Shown here piece by piece: positions 18,983 to 27,903 of a stretch of 34,693 nucleotides of DNA; the first letter of the stretch is position 1; the number at the start of each line of letters is the position of its first letter. Position numbers and translations under genes: made by a program. The notes under the pieces are model-generated. The model saw only the letters and a program-made list of their open reading frames with translations, was not told the DNA's origin and made no database searches. This stretch comes from Bacilli bacterium (GTDB taxonomy: Bacteria; Bacillota_I; Bacilli_A; RF39; UBA660), in NCBI GenBank assembly GCA_007117415.1, contig SKGN01000068.1:1-34693 (forward strand). The letters are read 5' to 3'.

Positions 18983-20059
18983 TCACTTAATCTTATTTTC
19001 GTATATTATATAACGATAAATTATTTTACCCTTTATTATAAAAAACCAGGTTTGTAAATCATTATTAACATTATTTTCATAACATAATATGGGGCCACTC
19101 GCTTCATCAGCAAAATCTAATAATTCATCAAAAGCAGAAACTTCTATAAATTTAAATTCTGGCAAATCAATAAAATTAAGAATATTTACAATTCTAAAAT
19201 CGTAATCTTTTTTTATTCTTTTTATTTTTGATTGATATACACTATAACTTTCTTCAACCCATTTTCGTTTTAAATAAATGAAAATAATGAAGATAGCGCC
19301 TAAAACTAACAACAAATTATAGATAAGGAAAAAGTACCCCACCTCTTTCTCTTTGGTTTCTTCTTTCGTTATTTCCTTTAATTGATTCTCTTCTACCATT
19401 TTATTTATATGAAACGTTTTAACACCAAGTGGGATATTGATAATAACATTATCAGTTTCTTTAAAATATTCATCATTTACAATGCCCTCTATATTAACAA
19501 TCATATTTATTTTTAAAAAGGCATCAATTGGAATGCCTAACGTTTGTCTGAATCTATTAACCATCTCATTATAGTCCCTTAAATCAATTTTAATATTTTC
19601 ATTAATACTAAACCGAGATCCATATAAATCGTTATTTTTTTCGGCAATTAACTCAACATCTATTTTCCAAATATCATGATAATTACTACTTGATAAACCG
19701 CTCAAATTTCCTATTAAACTACCCTTTACCTTATAATGGTAAATTAAATTTATATCGCCCACCCCAGAAAACTCATAACCTATATTTAAATTTATATAAT
19801 CAACTAATTCCGTAATATAATGACGATTCATTTCAATATAAGGTTTATTAATAAATTCATTTTCAACAATAAACACTTGATAATCCAAATTCCTAAAAGC
19901 GTTATATTTATATATCAATGTATTATTCATATCATTTCTAATAAAAAAGCGCCAAACATTAATTGAAGCATTACCTAAAATAAAAAACATAATCACAAAA
20001 AAGAATAGAATTATTATTCCTTTAATCTTTTTTTTTAATTTTTGTTTTTTAATTTTCAT
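18983..20059 (-). CDS. DUF5305-like membrane protein
   Basis: TM helix, large external domain, second TM, then a tail IEVSAFDELLDFADEASGPILCY...IYRY; ATGA-coupled to the signal peptidase gene. Confidence 0.75.
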   Translation of the reverse strand: MKIKKQKLKKKIKGIIILFFFVIMFFILGNASINVWRFFIRNDMNNTLIYKYNAFRNLDYQVFIVENEFINKPYIEMNRHYITELVDYINLNIGYEFSGVGDINLIYHYKVKGSLIGNLSGLSSSNYHDIWKIDVELIAEKNNDLYGSRFSINENIKIDLRDYNEMVNRFRQTLGIPIDAFLKINMIVNIEGIVNDEYFKETDNVIINIPLGVKTFHINKMVEENQLKEITKEETKEKEVGYFFLIYNLLLVLGAIFIIFIYLKRKWVEESYSVYQSKIKRIKKDYDFRIVNILNFIDLPEFKFIEVSAFDELLDFADEASGPILCYENNVNNDLQTWFFIIKGKIIYRYIIYENKIK

Positions 20060-21243
20060 ATAATAACCTCGTTTCTATTATTAATGGAAACGGTAACATC
20101 AATATAATTAAAAAGTTTTCTAAACCATATTGAGGGATAACCTATTTTAGGTATTACATAAATAACTTTTCCTATAACCTGTTCTTTATTTATGCTCTTT
20201 TGATCAACATTAGGGTTATTATCACCCTTAGTTATAAAAACTATATTACCTCTTTGATTGTTTTTTTGAATTACCCTATGAACTATTATATTTTTATTAC
20301 TTATGTACCCTATTACATCTCCTATTTCTATTTTGTCAATTTTTTCTTTTTTCATTAACACTATGTCCCCAACTCTAAATGAAGGTTTCATACTATCACT
20401 ATAAACAACAAGTGGATACGTTGGAAAAAGACCAATTATAAATGCAATCATAATAAATAACAAAAGAAAACTAGGTATCCATTTAAGAGGATTCATGCTT
20501 GATATATCTTTTGGTTTAACCTTTTTTTCTTTTTTATTAATTTTATAATATATAATCCAAAACCCAAAAAGAGGAATAAAAAAGTCAAAAAATCGCTTCA
20601 CTAACCAAGAATGATTAGGAAGAATAGGTGATAACCAATAAATAGATGTAGTAATTAACCGATATATGATAGTCGGCACATAACCTCCTATCATAGCGAT
20701 ATAATTTAAAAAAAGATTTTCAATTGCAACAGGCAATAAAAAACCTACCAAAAAACTAATTTTTTGGTTACCGTTTTCTACATTTTCAAAAAGATAATTA
20801 AAATTAATGGCTATTAAAATATAGATAACATATATTAAAAGAAAGACTTTCTTTTTATTGTTTCCACCTTTATTAATTAAAACAGCTCTAACATATTCCT
20901 GCGTTATTATAATTGTCCCAATAGTCCAAAAATTAATTAACAATCCTTTAAAAGAGTTATCATAAGGATTATGACCGTAACCATCTATTAATCCTAATAC
21001 AAAGTATAAAATTATATAAAATAAACTTATTATAATAACCCATTCAAAAACTTTTTTTTTATATTTCCATCTTATCTTTAAGTCAAAATCTAACCACAAA
21101 TAAGTTATAATTGCTACTACTAACAAATAAAAAGGATTAAACACGTTAAAAGCAAAAACTTCTCTACCTACCCGATCAAAGAAGTGATTAGTAATTACCA
21201 AAAAAAAGATTAATCCTAATATAACTATTAAACTTCTTCTCAT
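20056..21243 (-). CDS. sipW: SipW/archaeal-type signal peptidase I (S26) fused to an N-terminal multi-TM domain
   Basis: VYSDSMKPSFRVGD (Ser), IVHRV (His), FITKGDNN...D, GKVIYVIPKIG; about 270-aa hydrophobic N-terminus. Confidence 0.85.
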   Translation of the reverse strand: MRRSLIVILGLIFFLVITNHFFDRVGREVFAFNVFNPFYLLVVAIITYLWLDFDLKIRWKYKKKVFEWVIIISLFYIILYFVLGLIDGYGHNPYDNSFKGLLINFWTIGTIIITQEYVRAVLINKGGNNKKKVFLLIYVIYILIAINFNYLFENVENGNQKISFLVGFLLPVAIENLFLNYIAMIGGYVPTIIYRLITTSIYWLSPILPNHSWLVKRFFDFFIPLFGFWIIYYKINKKEKKVKPKDISSMNPLKWIPSFLLLFIMIAFIIGLFPTYPLVVYSDSMKPSFRVGDIVLMKKEKIDKIEIGDVIGYISNKNIIVHRVIQKNNQRGNIVFITKGDNNPNVDQKSINKEQVIGKVIYVIPKIGYPSIWFRKLFNYIDVTVSINNRNEVII

Positions 21244-21258
21244 TATTATTTCTTCTTT

Positions 21259-21849
21259 CTATAACATTGGTAAAAGAATAATATGAAAATAAAAATATTT
21301 ATGGCACTCGTTAACAATATATTCAATTTTTATAGTTGTTGAAACTTCTTCAGATAAGTTATTTAATCTTGTATTAAAACTAACGGAAACGGTAACATCT
21401 GAGCCTATTGGAACTGTATTTAAACTTAAATAACTATTAACATTAAACAAATTATTGTTTTGACTACTATAAGTAACATATGTCTCTCCTTCACTAAGAA
21501 CAAACGGATAAGTATTATTTAATTTAAAACTTAAATTAGTAACCCTATTAGCGGGAGAGTTACGATGAATAGCTCTATACACCAAGAACAATTCGTTTTC
21601 AACTAAATACTCATCTTCAATTATAACTCGAGGAGGAATATCTCCTATTGTATAACGATTATTTTCTAAATCTAATTTAGTTAAAGTGACATTTAAACTT
21701 TCATCACATTCATATGTTAAAGTATTAGCCGTTCCTTCAATATGAATATTTTCAGAAAAAAGCGCTAAACCTATCCCTAATGTGATAGTATATACTAGCA
21801 CTAAAAAGATAATTGTTTTTGTTTTTTTGAATACAGGTCTTTTTCTCAT
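21259..21849 (-). CDS. SipW-type signal peptide protein, putative minor TasA/CalY-like subunit
   Basis: Basic N-terminus, TM helix, GLA|LFSENIHIEGTA; beta-rich body with two Cys. Confidence 0.7.
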   Translation of the reverse strand: MRKRPVFKKTKTIIFLVLVYTITLGIGLALFSENIHIEGTANTLTYECDESLNVTLTKLDLENNRYTIGDIPPRVIIEDEYLVENELFLVYRAIHRNSPANRVTNLSFKLNNTYPFVLSEGETYVTYSSQNNNLFNVNSYLSLNTVPIGSDVTVSVSFNTRLNNLSEEVSTTIKIEYIVNECHKYFYFHIILLPML

Positions 21850-21876
21850 TAATATTTACCATATTCTATTCAACAA

Positions 21877-22383
21877 TTAATATCCAACGCCCGTATTTTG
21901 TTCATATCCCAATTCGACCGTAAAGTTGATACTTTTATCACCAGTAGTCGATTGAGAACTCCAGTAAACTCTTATGGCAAAAGGATACTCTTCTCCGGCA
22001 TCAATTGGGATATCTTCTTCAACTCCAATAAGTTCAACTACTATATCAGGGTCATCATTACCCGTAATAGTTATCGTTCTTAATATTGCTGAAATGGTTC
22101 CAACATTTTTTACTACTATATCAATTTGAGCTCCAGCTCCTGGATATTCTAAATCTTCAACATTAATCGTTAGTGTTTTTCTATCAACTGATATCGTAGC
22201 CGTAGGATTAGAGCCAACCACATCACTAGTAGAAGCTGTTAAAAATTGAATATCAAATTCACCAGTTGTACCTGCTGTTCCTCCAATATAAAGAACTTCA
22301 CCAAACAAAGCATAAGCTCCAATCAACCCGATAATAGCCAAAACTAACCCTGGTATTAAGATGTTAAATCGTCTTTCTCTCAT
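21877..22383 (-). CDS. TasA/CalY(camelysin)-like putative fibre subunit with SipW-type signal
   Basis: AYA|LFGEVLYIGGTA, LEYPG...VKNVG motif, C-terminal FTVELGYEQ strand. Confidence 0.75.
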   Translation of the reverse strand: MRERRFNILIPGLVLAIIGLIGAYALFGEVLYIGGTAGTTGEFDIQFLTASTSDVVGSNPTATISVDRKTLTINVEDLEYPGAGAQIDIVVKNVGTISAILRTITITGNDDPDIVVELIGVEEDIPIDAGEEYPFAIRVYWSSQSTTGDKSINFTVELGYEQNTGVGY

Positions 22384-22410
22384 ATCTATATTTCCCTTCT
22401 TGTTTATTTA

Positions 22411-22439
22411 TAGAATGTTCTTTTTTGCTTATTTTATAC
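22411..22439 (-). promoter_or_regulatory. sigmaG-like promoter of the SipW operon
   Basis: GTATA-17 nt-CATTCTA, matching the B. subtilis sigmaG pattern GHATR-N17/18-CATWHTA. Confidence 0.55.
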
Positions 22440-22445
22440 ATTTAA

Positions 22446-22467
22446 AAACATGCTCTTAGGCATGTTT
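22446..22467 (-). terminator. Intrinsic terminator
   Basis: AAACATGC-TCTTAG-GCATGTTT after the 22477 stop, with a T-run on the minus strand. Confidence 0.6.
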
Positions 22468-22476
22468 AATAATCTT

Positions 22477-22674
22477 TTAATGATCATCTTTTTTTGACTT
22501 ATACATATGAAAACTTTCTATAGCCTTTTCACCCTTTATATTATGTTCACCTTCTTTAGATGTAGGATACATTCTAAAATTTTCTACTTCCACTTCATTT
22601 TCATGTACATTTTCATCAATATGATCATCCTCTTTATTAACAGACACTACTATTTCACCACCTTTTCTTTTCAT
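22477..22674 (-). CDS. Small charged hypothetical protein
   Basis: Own terminator; probable GTG start at 22647 after AAGGTGGTGA; GTTTA-17 nt-CATAATA upstream. Confidence 0.6.
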   Translation of the reverse strand: MKRKGGEIVVSVNKEDDHIDENVHENEVEVENFRMYPTSKEGEHNIKGEKAIESFHMYKSKKDDH

Positions 22675-22795
22675 CCTACCTATATTATGGATATTTTAAT
22701 TAATTTTAAACATGTATTAAATAATTATTTTTTTATCATTATTCCTTTATTTATATACTCATGGTATAATATATAGACATAGGAAGTGATTCAGT

Positions 22796-23800
22796 ATGAA
22801 AATCGATCGAAAAAAAAGTATTAAAAATAAAAAAATAAGTTCTTTAAAAATTATCAATAAATTTGCTTTTAGAATATCTATGGGAATTGTTATTATAGCC
22901 AGCATGGCTTTATTACAAACTTCTTCCTATGAATATTCAAACATTGAACCTAGTGAAAAAGTTATTAGTTTTAATTTTCCCAAAAACAACGAAGTTAATC
23001 TAGAGGATTTAATATTTATAAACAATGATTATGATAACAATGATAATAACCAAGCATTAATTAACGAACCCCTAAATACTAATGAGAAAATGGAAAAAGG
23101 CGAAGTTAATAATGATGCTAAACCAGAAGAAAATCAAGAAAAAAAACAAGAAGTAAATTATATTGTTCCCGATTTAACTAATGATGAAATTGAAAAAAGG
23201 GGATTTGTTAGTTTAAGCTTTGATGACGGACCTTCTAAAGAAGTTACACCTATAATATTAGAAATTCTAAAGAATAATAATGTTAAAGCGACCTTTTTTG
23301 TGTTAGGGTGTAATGTCAAATACCACCATGATACAATTCTACAAATGTATCATGGTGGTCATGAGATTGCCAATCACGGATATGATCACACGTCTTTTAC
23401 CAATTTAACTAAGGAACAGATTAATAATCAAATAGAAAAAACAAATGATTATATTTATAATATTACTGGCGAAAAAACACTACTAGTTAGACCTCCGTAC
23501 GGGGCCATAAATAAAAATATTGCTTCTAAAATAGACTATCCTATTATTTTATGGTCTATCGACCCCACTGATTGGAGAAGCATAACCGTTGACACTATTA
23601 TTGATACTGTAATCGCAAACTTAACCGATGGAAGCATCATTCTCCTTCATGATATTCACGATAGAACCATTGAAGCGACTAAACTATTGATACCTAGAAT
23701 TATTGATAAAGGTTATGATATAGTCCCTATCAGCGAATTATTTAAAATAAATGAAATTGAACTAAACCCCGGAAAAATATATGCTAAAGCAAAAAAATAA
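22796..23800 (+). CDS. Polysaccharide/peptidoglycan deacetylase (CE4, NodB domain)
   Basis: SFDDGP, ATFFVLG, NHGYDH, RPPYG, WSIDPTDW, ILLHD; N-terminal TM helix. Confidence 0.95.
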   Translation: MKIDRKKSIKNKKISSLKIINKFAFRISMGIVIIASMALLQTSSYEYSNIEPSEKVISFNFPKNNEVNLEDLIFINNDYDNNDNNQALINEPLNTNEKMEKGEVNNDAKPEENQEKKQEVNYIVPDLTNDEIEKRGFVSLSFDDGPSKEVTPIILEILKNNNVKATFFVLGCNVKYHHDTILQMYHGGHEIANHGYDHTSFTNLTKEQINNQIEKTNDYIYNITGEKTLLVRPPYGAINKNIASKIDYPIILWSIDPTDWRSITVDTIIDTVIANLTDGSIILLHDIHDRTIEATKLLIPRIIDKGYDIVPISELFKINEIELNPGKIYAKAKK

Positions 23801-23820
23801 AGGATAAATCCTTTATTTTT
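23793..23820. terminator. Bidirectional terminator between convergent genes
   Basis: AAAAATAAAGGAT-AA-ATCCTTTATTTTT. Confidence 0.7.
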
Positions 23821-25738
23821 ATTTTATTACCTGTTGATAGTAATCATGATCAAGTATTAATTGAGACATATAAAATCTATTATAAACAATCATGTTAATT
23901 CGCTCTATATAATTACTATCGACCTCTTGATTATTATGAGGATGAAAAATTTTTTTAATATTATCATATTTTCCTTTTTCAGTTATCCAACTCCTATTAG
24001 CAAAGATAACAATTGGTTCAGTGTTAGAGAATATATCTTTTCCGATTAATAATCTTGAATCGTATTCTAAACCAAATAAATTGGAGATAGTAGGGAGAAC
24101 ATCTATACTACTACCTAGTTTTTTCACCTCTTCTCCTTCTATTCCCTTATGCCATATAATGAATGGTAGTCTATCTCTTTCAAAAAAATCATCACGATTT
24201 ATAGTAGCCTTTTCATTCAACTCATCTAAAGTTAAACCATACGGCCAATGATCAGAACTTATGGCAATAACCGTATCTTCTGCTACTCCTGCTTCTTCTA
24301 AATAATCAATTAATTTTTCAATCGCTTTATCCAATTCAACATGTTGAGCCATATAACACTTTACCGGTTCAGAATATGGTAAATCCTTAACAGTAGTCCA
24401 ATGTCTTTTAGCCATTGTATTAAATAAATTATATCTTAAATGCCCGCTTATAGTAAGGTAATAGGTCATAAAAGGTGTTTCAATATTTATATAATCAGAA
24501 GCGGTAACTTCAATCATTTCCAAATCACTTTGAGGCCATAGACGACAATTTATGTTAAGTTCCCTACCACATGCATAATAATCATAGCCTAAATTGGGAT
24601 GAGATAAATGTCTTCTATAATAAGTTGCCCAACCATTATGATAGGCAGTTGTTTTATAGCCTATATTTCTAAAATGATTGCCCAATACAAAAGGCATATA
24701 ATTATAACTAGTACGGTACATACTCCAAACTCCAGACTTAGGCAGTAATCCCGTTTTAGTAATATATTCTCCATCAATCGTACTTAAAAAAATGGGTGTA
24801 TAAAAATTAGTGAAATTTAAGCCTTCACTAGCTATTTTATAAAGAGTTGGAGTAATTTCCTCATCAATAGCAATATGATCAAAACTTTCAGCAATAATCA
24901 ACACTAAATTTTTTCCCGCAAATTTTCCCGTCCAATCATTTTTATTAGTAGGATTTTTATCACTAAAATATTGATGCATCATCAAAAGGGTGTCATTTGT
25001 TTCATTTTGAATTAAATCATCCCAATCTATATTCATTGTATTATATTCTATAACTTCTTCTTGAAAATCCTCAACATCCGTTTTAGGCGGAATATAAAAC
25101 AATTGTTCATTAGCTTCAAAACCCAATAGAGACCTTTGAATGTCCAATCTCATCGTCGTTAACAAACCAAATTTGTTAGTCATTAAAGTCGGTGAATGCA
25201 CATTGTGATATAAATCATAATCAGAATATAATTCATTTTCTGATAAATTTTTTATTGCCAAAAATTGAATAATAATTATTACAATAACAAGAATTATTTT
25301 TAATTTATATTTTAACGGATTTAAATCGAATAATTTATTTTTAAAAACAAAAAATAGTATCAACGGGATTAATAATATTAATATACCAACAATATTTTCT
25401 GTTAATATTTTTAAAACAAATCCAAAATAGGTCATTACCGCCTGAGCATTTCTAGTTGCCGAAAAAGAAAAAACGGAATCATATATTTTAAAATATATAG
25501 TCTGACTAATACAAATAAAGGTTATAGCTGATAAAATTATAGCAACTATAATTCGATTTACTCTTGGTTTGAAAAAATTCCCAATTAAATATATAAAAAA
25601 GCCTACAGGAAGGGAAAATAAAACTATATTAAACAATGAACTATTCCACCATTCTTTAAAAAAGATAATCTTAATAACAACTTCCATGTAAAGAATAAAA
25701 AGAAACAAAAATAAAATATAAGTTATTTTTTTATTCAT
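23819..25738 (-). CDS. LTA synthase family / sulfatase-like membrane protein
   Basis: About 5 TM helices, then NLVLIIAESF, TPTLYK, STIDGE, YHNG, TISGH, SSDHWPYG, DVLPT. ATG 25738 follows AGGTGG (ORF track start 25753). Confidence 0.9.
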   Translation of the reverse strand: MNKKITYILFLFLFILYMEVVIKIIFFKEWWNSSLFNIVLFSLPVGFFIYLIGNFFKPRVNRIIVAIILSAITFICISQTIYFKIYDSVFSFSATRNAQAVMTYFGFVLKILTENIVGILILLIPLILFFVFKNKLFDLNPLKYKLKIILVIVIIIIQFLAIKNLSENELYSDYDLYHNVHSPTLMTNKFGLLTTMRLDIQRSLLGFEANEQLFYIPPKTDVEDFQEEVIEYNTMNIDWDDLIQNETNDTLLMMHQYFSDKNPTNKNDWTGKFAGKNLVLIIAESFDHIAIDEEITPTLYKIASEGLNFTNFYTPIFLSTIDGEYITKTGLLPKSGVWSMYRTSYNYMPFVLGNHFRNIGYKTTAYHNGWATYYRRHLSHPNLGYDYYACGRELNINCRLWPQSDLEMIEVTASDYINIETPFMTYYLTISGHLRYNLFNTMAKRHWTTVKDLPYSEPVKCYMAQHVELDKAIEKLIDYLEEAGVAEDTVIAISSDHWPYGLTLDELNEKATINRDDFFERDRLPFIIWHKGIEGEEVKKLGSSIDVLPTISNLFGLEYDSRLLIGKDIFSNTEPIVIFANRSWITEKGKYDNIKKIFHPHNNQEVDSNYIERINMIVYNRFYMSQLILDHDYYQQVIK

Positions 25739-25868
25739 ACTACCACCTATCACACAACATAATTATATCACATTCATAATACATAAAAAAGAAATATTAA
25801 TAAAGGATATTTTGTTTATTATAAAACAAAATAAAAATGTACGCTAGATTATTAAGGAGGGTTGATAA

Positions 25869-26022
25869 ATAATCTCAAACAGAGTTATATCTGAACATAC
25901 CTTTATAAGGAATTAGGGATATATACTATCGTACAAAAAGAAGGCTGGGGAGTAGTGTCATTAAGAAACTGTGGCAATCTAGTTAAAAAGCAATTGCAAG
26001 AGCTGATAAAAACTATAATTAA
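25869..26022 (+). pseudogene. sspF: SspF-like small acid-soluble spore protein pseudogene
   Basis: After SD AAGGAGG: SNRVISEH / frameshift / KELGIYTIVQKEGWGVVSLRNCGNLVK / frameshift / AIARADKNYN*, matching the SspF pattern ELG.Y..V...GWG....R..GN.VK.AI..A. Confidence 0.65.
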
Positions 26023-26168
26023 TAATTAGCCGTACAAATAAAACAGGAATTTGTTTTCCTGTTTTTCAATGCTAAAAAAATATTTTAACTTTTTAGGTTA
26101 GTTTTATAACCGTTTTTAAGAATGTTTAATACACTATACTATAACTTAATAAAAGGGAGGGGTTAAAT

Positions 26169-26309
26169 ATGTACGGTTATGGTTATAGTCAAGGTTGTGC
26201 TCCTGTACAAGGTAGTGGGTTTGGAACAAATTATGCATCTATTTTAGTTATTTTCATTCTTTTAGTAATTATTCTATGCGCAGCTTGCCCACCAGCTAGA
26301 GGCTGCTAA
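26169..26309 (+). CDS. YjcZ/SscA-family sporulation microprotein (46 aa)
   Basis: MYGYGYSQGCAPVQGSGFGTNYASILVIFILLVIILCAACPPARGC; SD AGGGAGG. Confidence 0.85.
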   Translation: MYGYGYSQGCAPVQGSGFGTNYASILVIFILLVIILCAACPPARGC

Positions 26310-26345
26310 CAATCCTTATTTTATAAAAAGAAAGGAGGAATAGAC

Positions 26346-26432
26346 ATGGGTGGATATACTGGCGGTTTTGCTTTCATATTAGTACTGTTTATCCTTTTAG
26401 CAATAATTGCTTGCGGATGCGGACTATGGTAA
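26346..26432 (+). CDS. YjcZ/SscA-family sporulation microprotein (28 aa)
   Basis: MGGYTGGFAFILVLFILLAIIACGCGLW; SD AAGGAGG; hairpin with T-run at about 26435-26462. Confidence 0.88.
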   Translation: MGGYTGGFAFILVLFILLAIIACGCGLW

Positions 26433-26596
26433 AAAAAAGGAAGGATTAATCTTTCCTCTTTTACATTATAAATAATTATATAATGCAAAATATTTTTATG
26501 CGTTTAAGTTCTTCTCTAATAAAGTTAGTTTTTTCTAATCAATAATTTAACTTTTATCAATGTCTAGAAAAAACAACTATGAAAGGAGGGGAAACT

Positions 26597-26701
26597 ATGT
26601 GTGTATCAAGAGGTCCCGTAATGTCTTCTACTAATCCAGCTTTTATATTAGTATTATTTATCTTATTAGTATTAATAGTATGCGGAGTATGTACGTTTTA
26701 A
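26597..26701 (+). CDS. YjcZ/SscA-family sporulation microprotein (34 aa)
   Basis: MCVSRGPVMSSTNPAFILVLFILLVLIVCGVCTF; SD AAGGAGG. Confidence 0.82.
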   Translation: MCVSRGPVMSSTNPAFILVLFILLVLIVCGVCTF

Positions 26702-26704
26702 TTT

Positions 26705-26730
26705 AAAAGAGAAGATTTTCTTCTCTTTTT
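26705..26730. terminator. Bidirectional terminator
   Basis: AAAAGAGAAGA-TTT-TCTTCTCTTTT between the third microprotein and tspO. Confidence 0.75.
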
Positions 26731-26742
26731 CGTTGCAGACAT

Positions 26743-27204
26743 TTAATTTAAAAGATATATAACAAAATTCAAATATGCCGCCAAAAATAACCACAATAAA
26801 TAAGGGATTTGCAAATATGCCGCTTTTTTATTAACATGATAAAATTTGACTATCATTATAATAACCAGAAGAATTAATAATATTATCCATAAAAAAGAAA
26901 AGAAATAGGTTTTATATTCAAAAAAGAAAAAACTCCATGAAAAATTAACCATTAACTGAACAGCGTATATTATTAAACCCTTGTTACTTTTAGCCTCGTA
27001 TATAATAGCGGCTCCAATACTCATCAAGACATATAATTTAATCCATATAATAAAAAATAAATAATGGGGCGGAGTAAAAATAGATTTCTCAAGTTTGTTA
27101 TAGGTATCAATGTTATTTTCAACTACTAACCCTGCTAAAAAACCAATAATTATAGTTATTAATACAAAAATAACATAGACTTTATACTTATTTATTAATT
27201 TCAT
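26743..27204 (-). CDS. tspO: TspO/MBR family tryptophan-rich sensory protein
   Basis: YNKLEKSIFTPP..LF.IIW..LY, QLMVNFSWSFFFF, AAYLQIPYLLW..LAAYLN. Confidence 0.92.
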   Translation of the reverse strand: MKLINKYKVYVIFVLITIIIGFLAGLVVENNIDTYNKLEKSIFTPPHYLFFIIWIKLYVLMSIGAAIIYEAKSNKGLIIYAVQLMVNFSWSFFFFEYKTYFFSFLWIILLILLVIIMIVKFYHVNKKAAYLQIPYLLWLFLAAYLNFVIYLLN

Positions 27205-27245
27205 ATTACCTCCATATTAAAATATATGATATATAATGAAAGTTA

Positions 27246-27809
27246 TCAAATATATTTCTTGGGCTTAAAATAAAAAAACAAAAACAATATCGTTCCGGTC
27301 ATGGCCATAACAACATCTAACATGGTATCTAGACCACCTTTTTGAGAGTTTAGTCCCAATAAATTATCACCTAAATACTCTAATATTTCCCAATATAAAG
27401 CGATTGAAAAATTTATCATTAAAATTAAAATAACTACCTGTTTAGTACTATATTTTTTATGCTTTTGATTTAGTAAATCAATAATATAAACGGAAATAAA
27501 AACACCTGAAATAAAGTGAACAAACTTATCAAAGATAAAATTAAAGTCAAACACTCGAACAATAATACCTAATACCAGACTTAAAAAAAGAAAAAGACAC
27601 ATAAAAAACTTTATATGTACTTTTAAATCATATTTTTTAGATAAATACTTATAAACAAACGGAAATAAAAGAACGAAAGAACAAGCTAAAACTAAAGAAT
27701 AATTTCTCTCTTTTAAATAAAGAAAAAAGTAAATAAAACTTATAAAGACCGATATAATTATTATTCCTCTATTTATTATTGGAATATATTTATATATTCT
27801 TTTTATCAT
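27246..27809 (-). CDS. Membrane protein, DUF2238/VanZ-like
   Basis: Multi-TM with FDKFVHFISG, WEILEY and DTMLD motifs. Confidence 0.7.
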   Translation of the reverse strand: MIKRIYKYIPIINRGIIIISVFISFIYFFLYLKERNYSLVLACSFVLLFPFVYKYLSKKYDLKVHIKFFMCLFLFLSLVLGIIVRVFDFNFIFDKFVHFISGVFISVYIIDLLNQKHKKYSTKQVVILILMINFSIALYWEILEYLGDNLLGLNSQKGGLDTMLDVVMAMTGTILFLFFYFKPKKYI

Positions 27810-27903
27810 AACTCACCTATACCTTTCTCATGTATAACCTATTTATATAATTAAAAATACGCTACATAAAATTAGTTTATACGCAAGAATTATTTTAATC
27901 TAC

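Noticed and set aside
23020-23160. Asn/Asp/Glu-rich repeats in the deacetylase gene
   Set aside because: Ordinary low-complexity linker between the TM anchor and the catalytic domain.
25838-25873. 11-aa ORF MYARLLRRVDK as a leader peptide
   Set aside because: No SD of its own; it merely spans the SD of the sspF-like relic.
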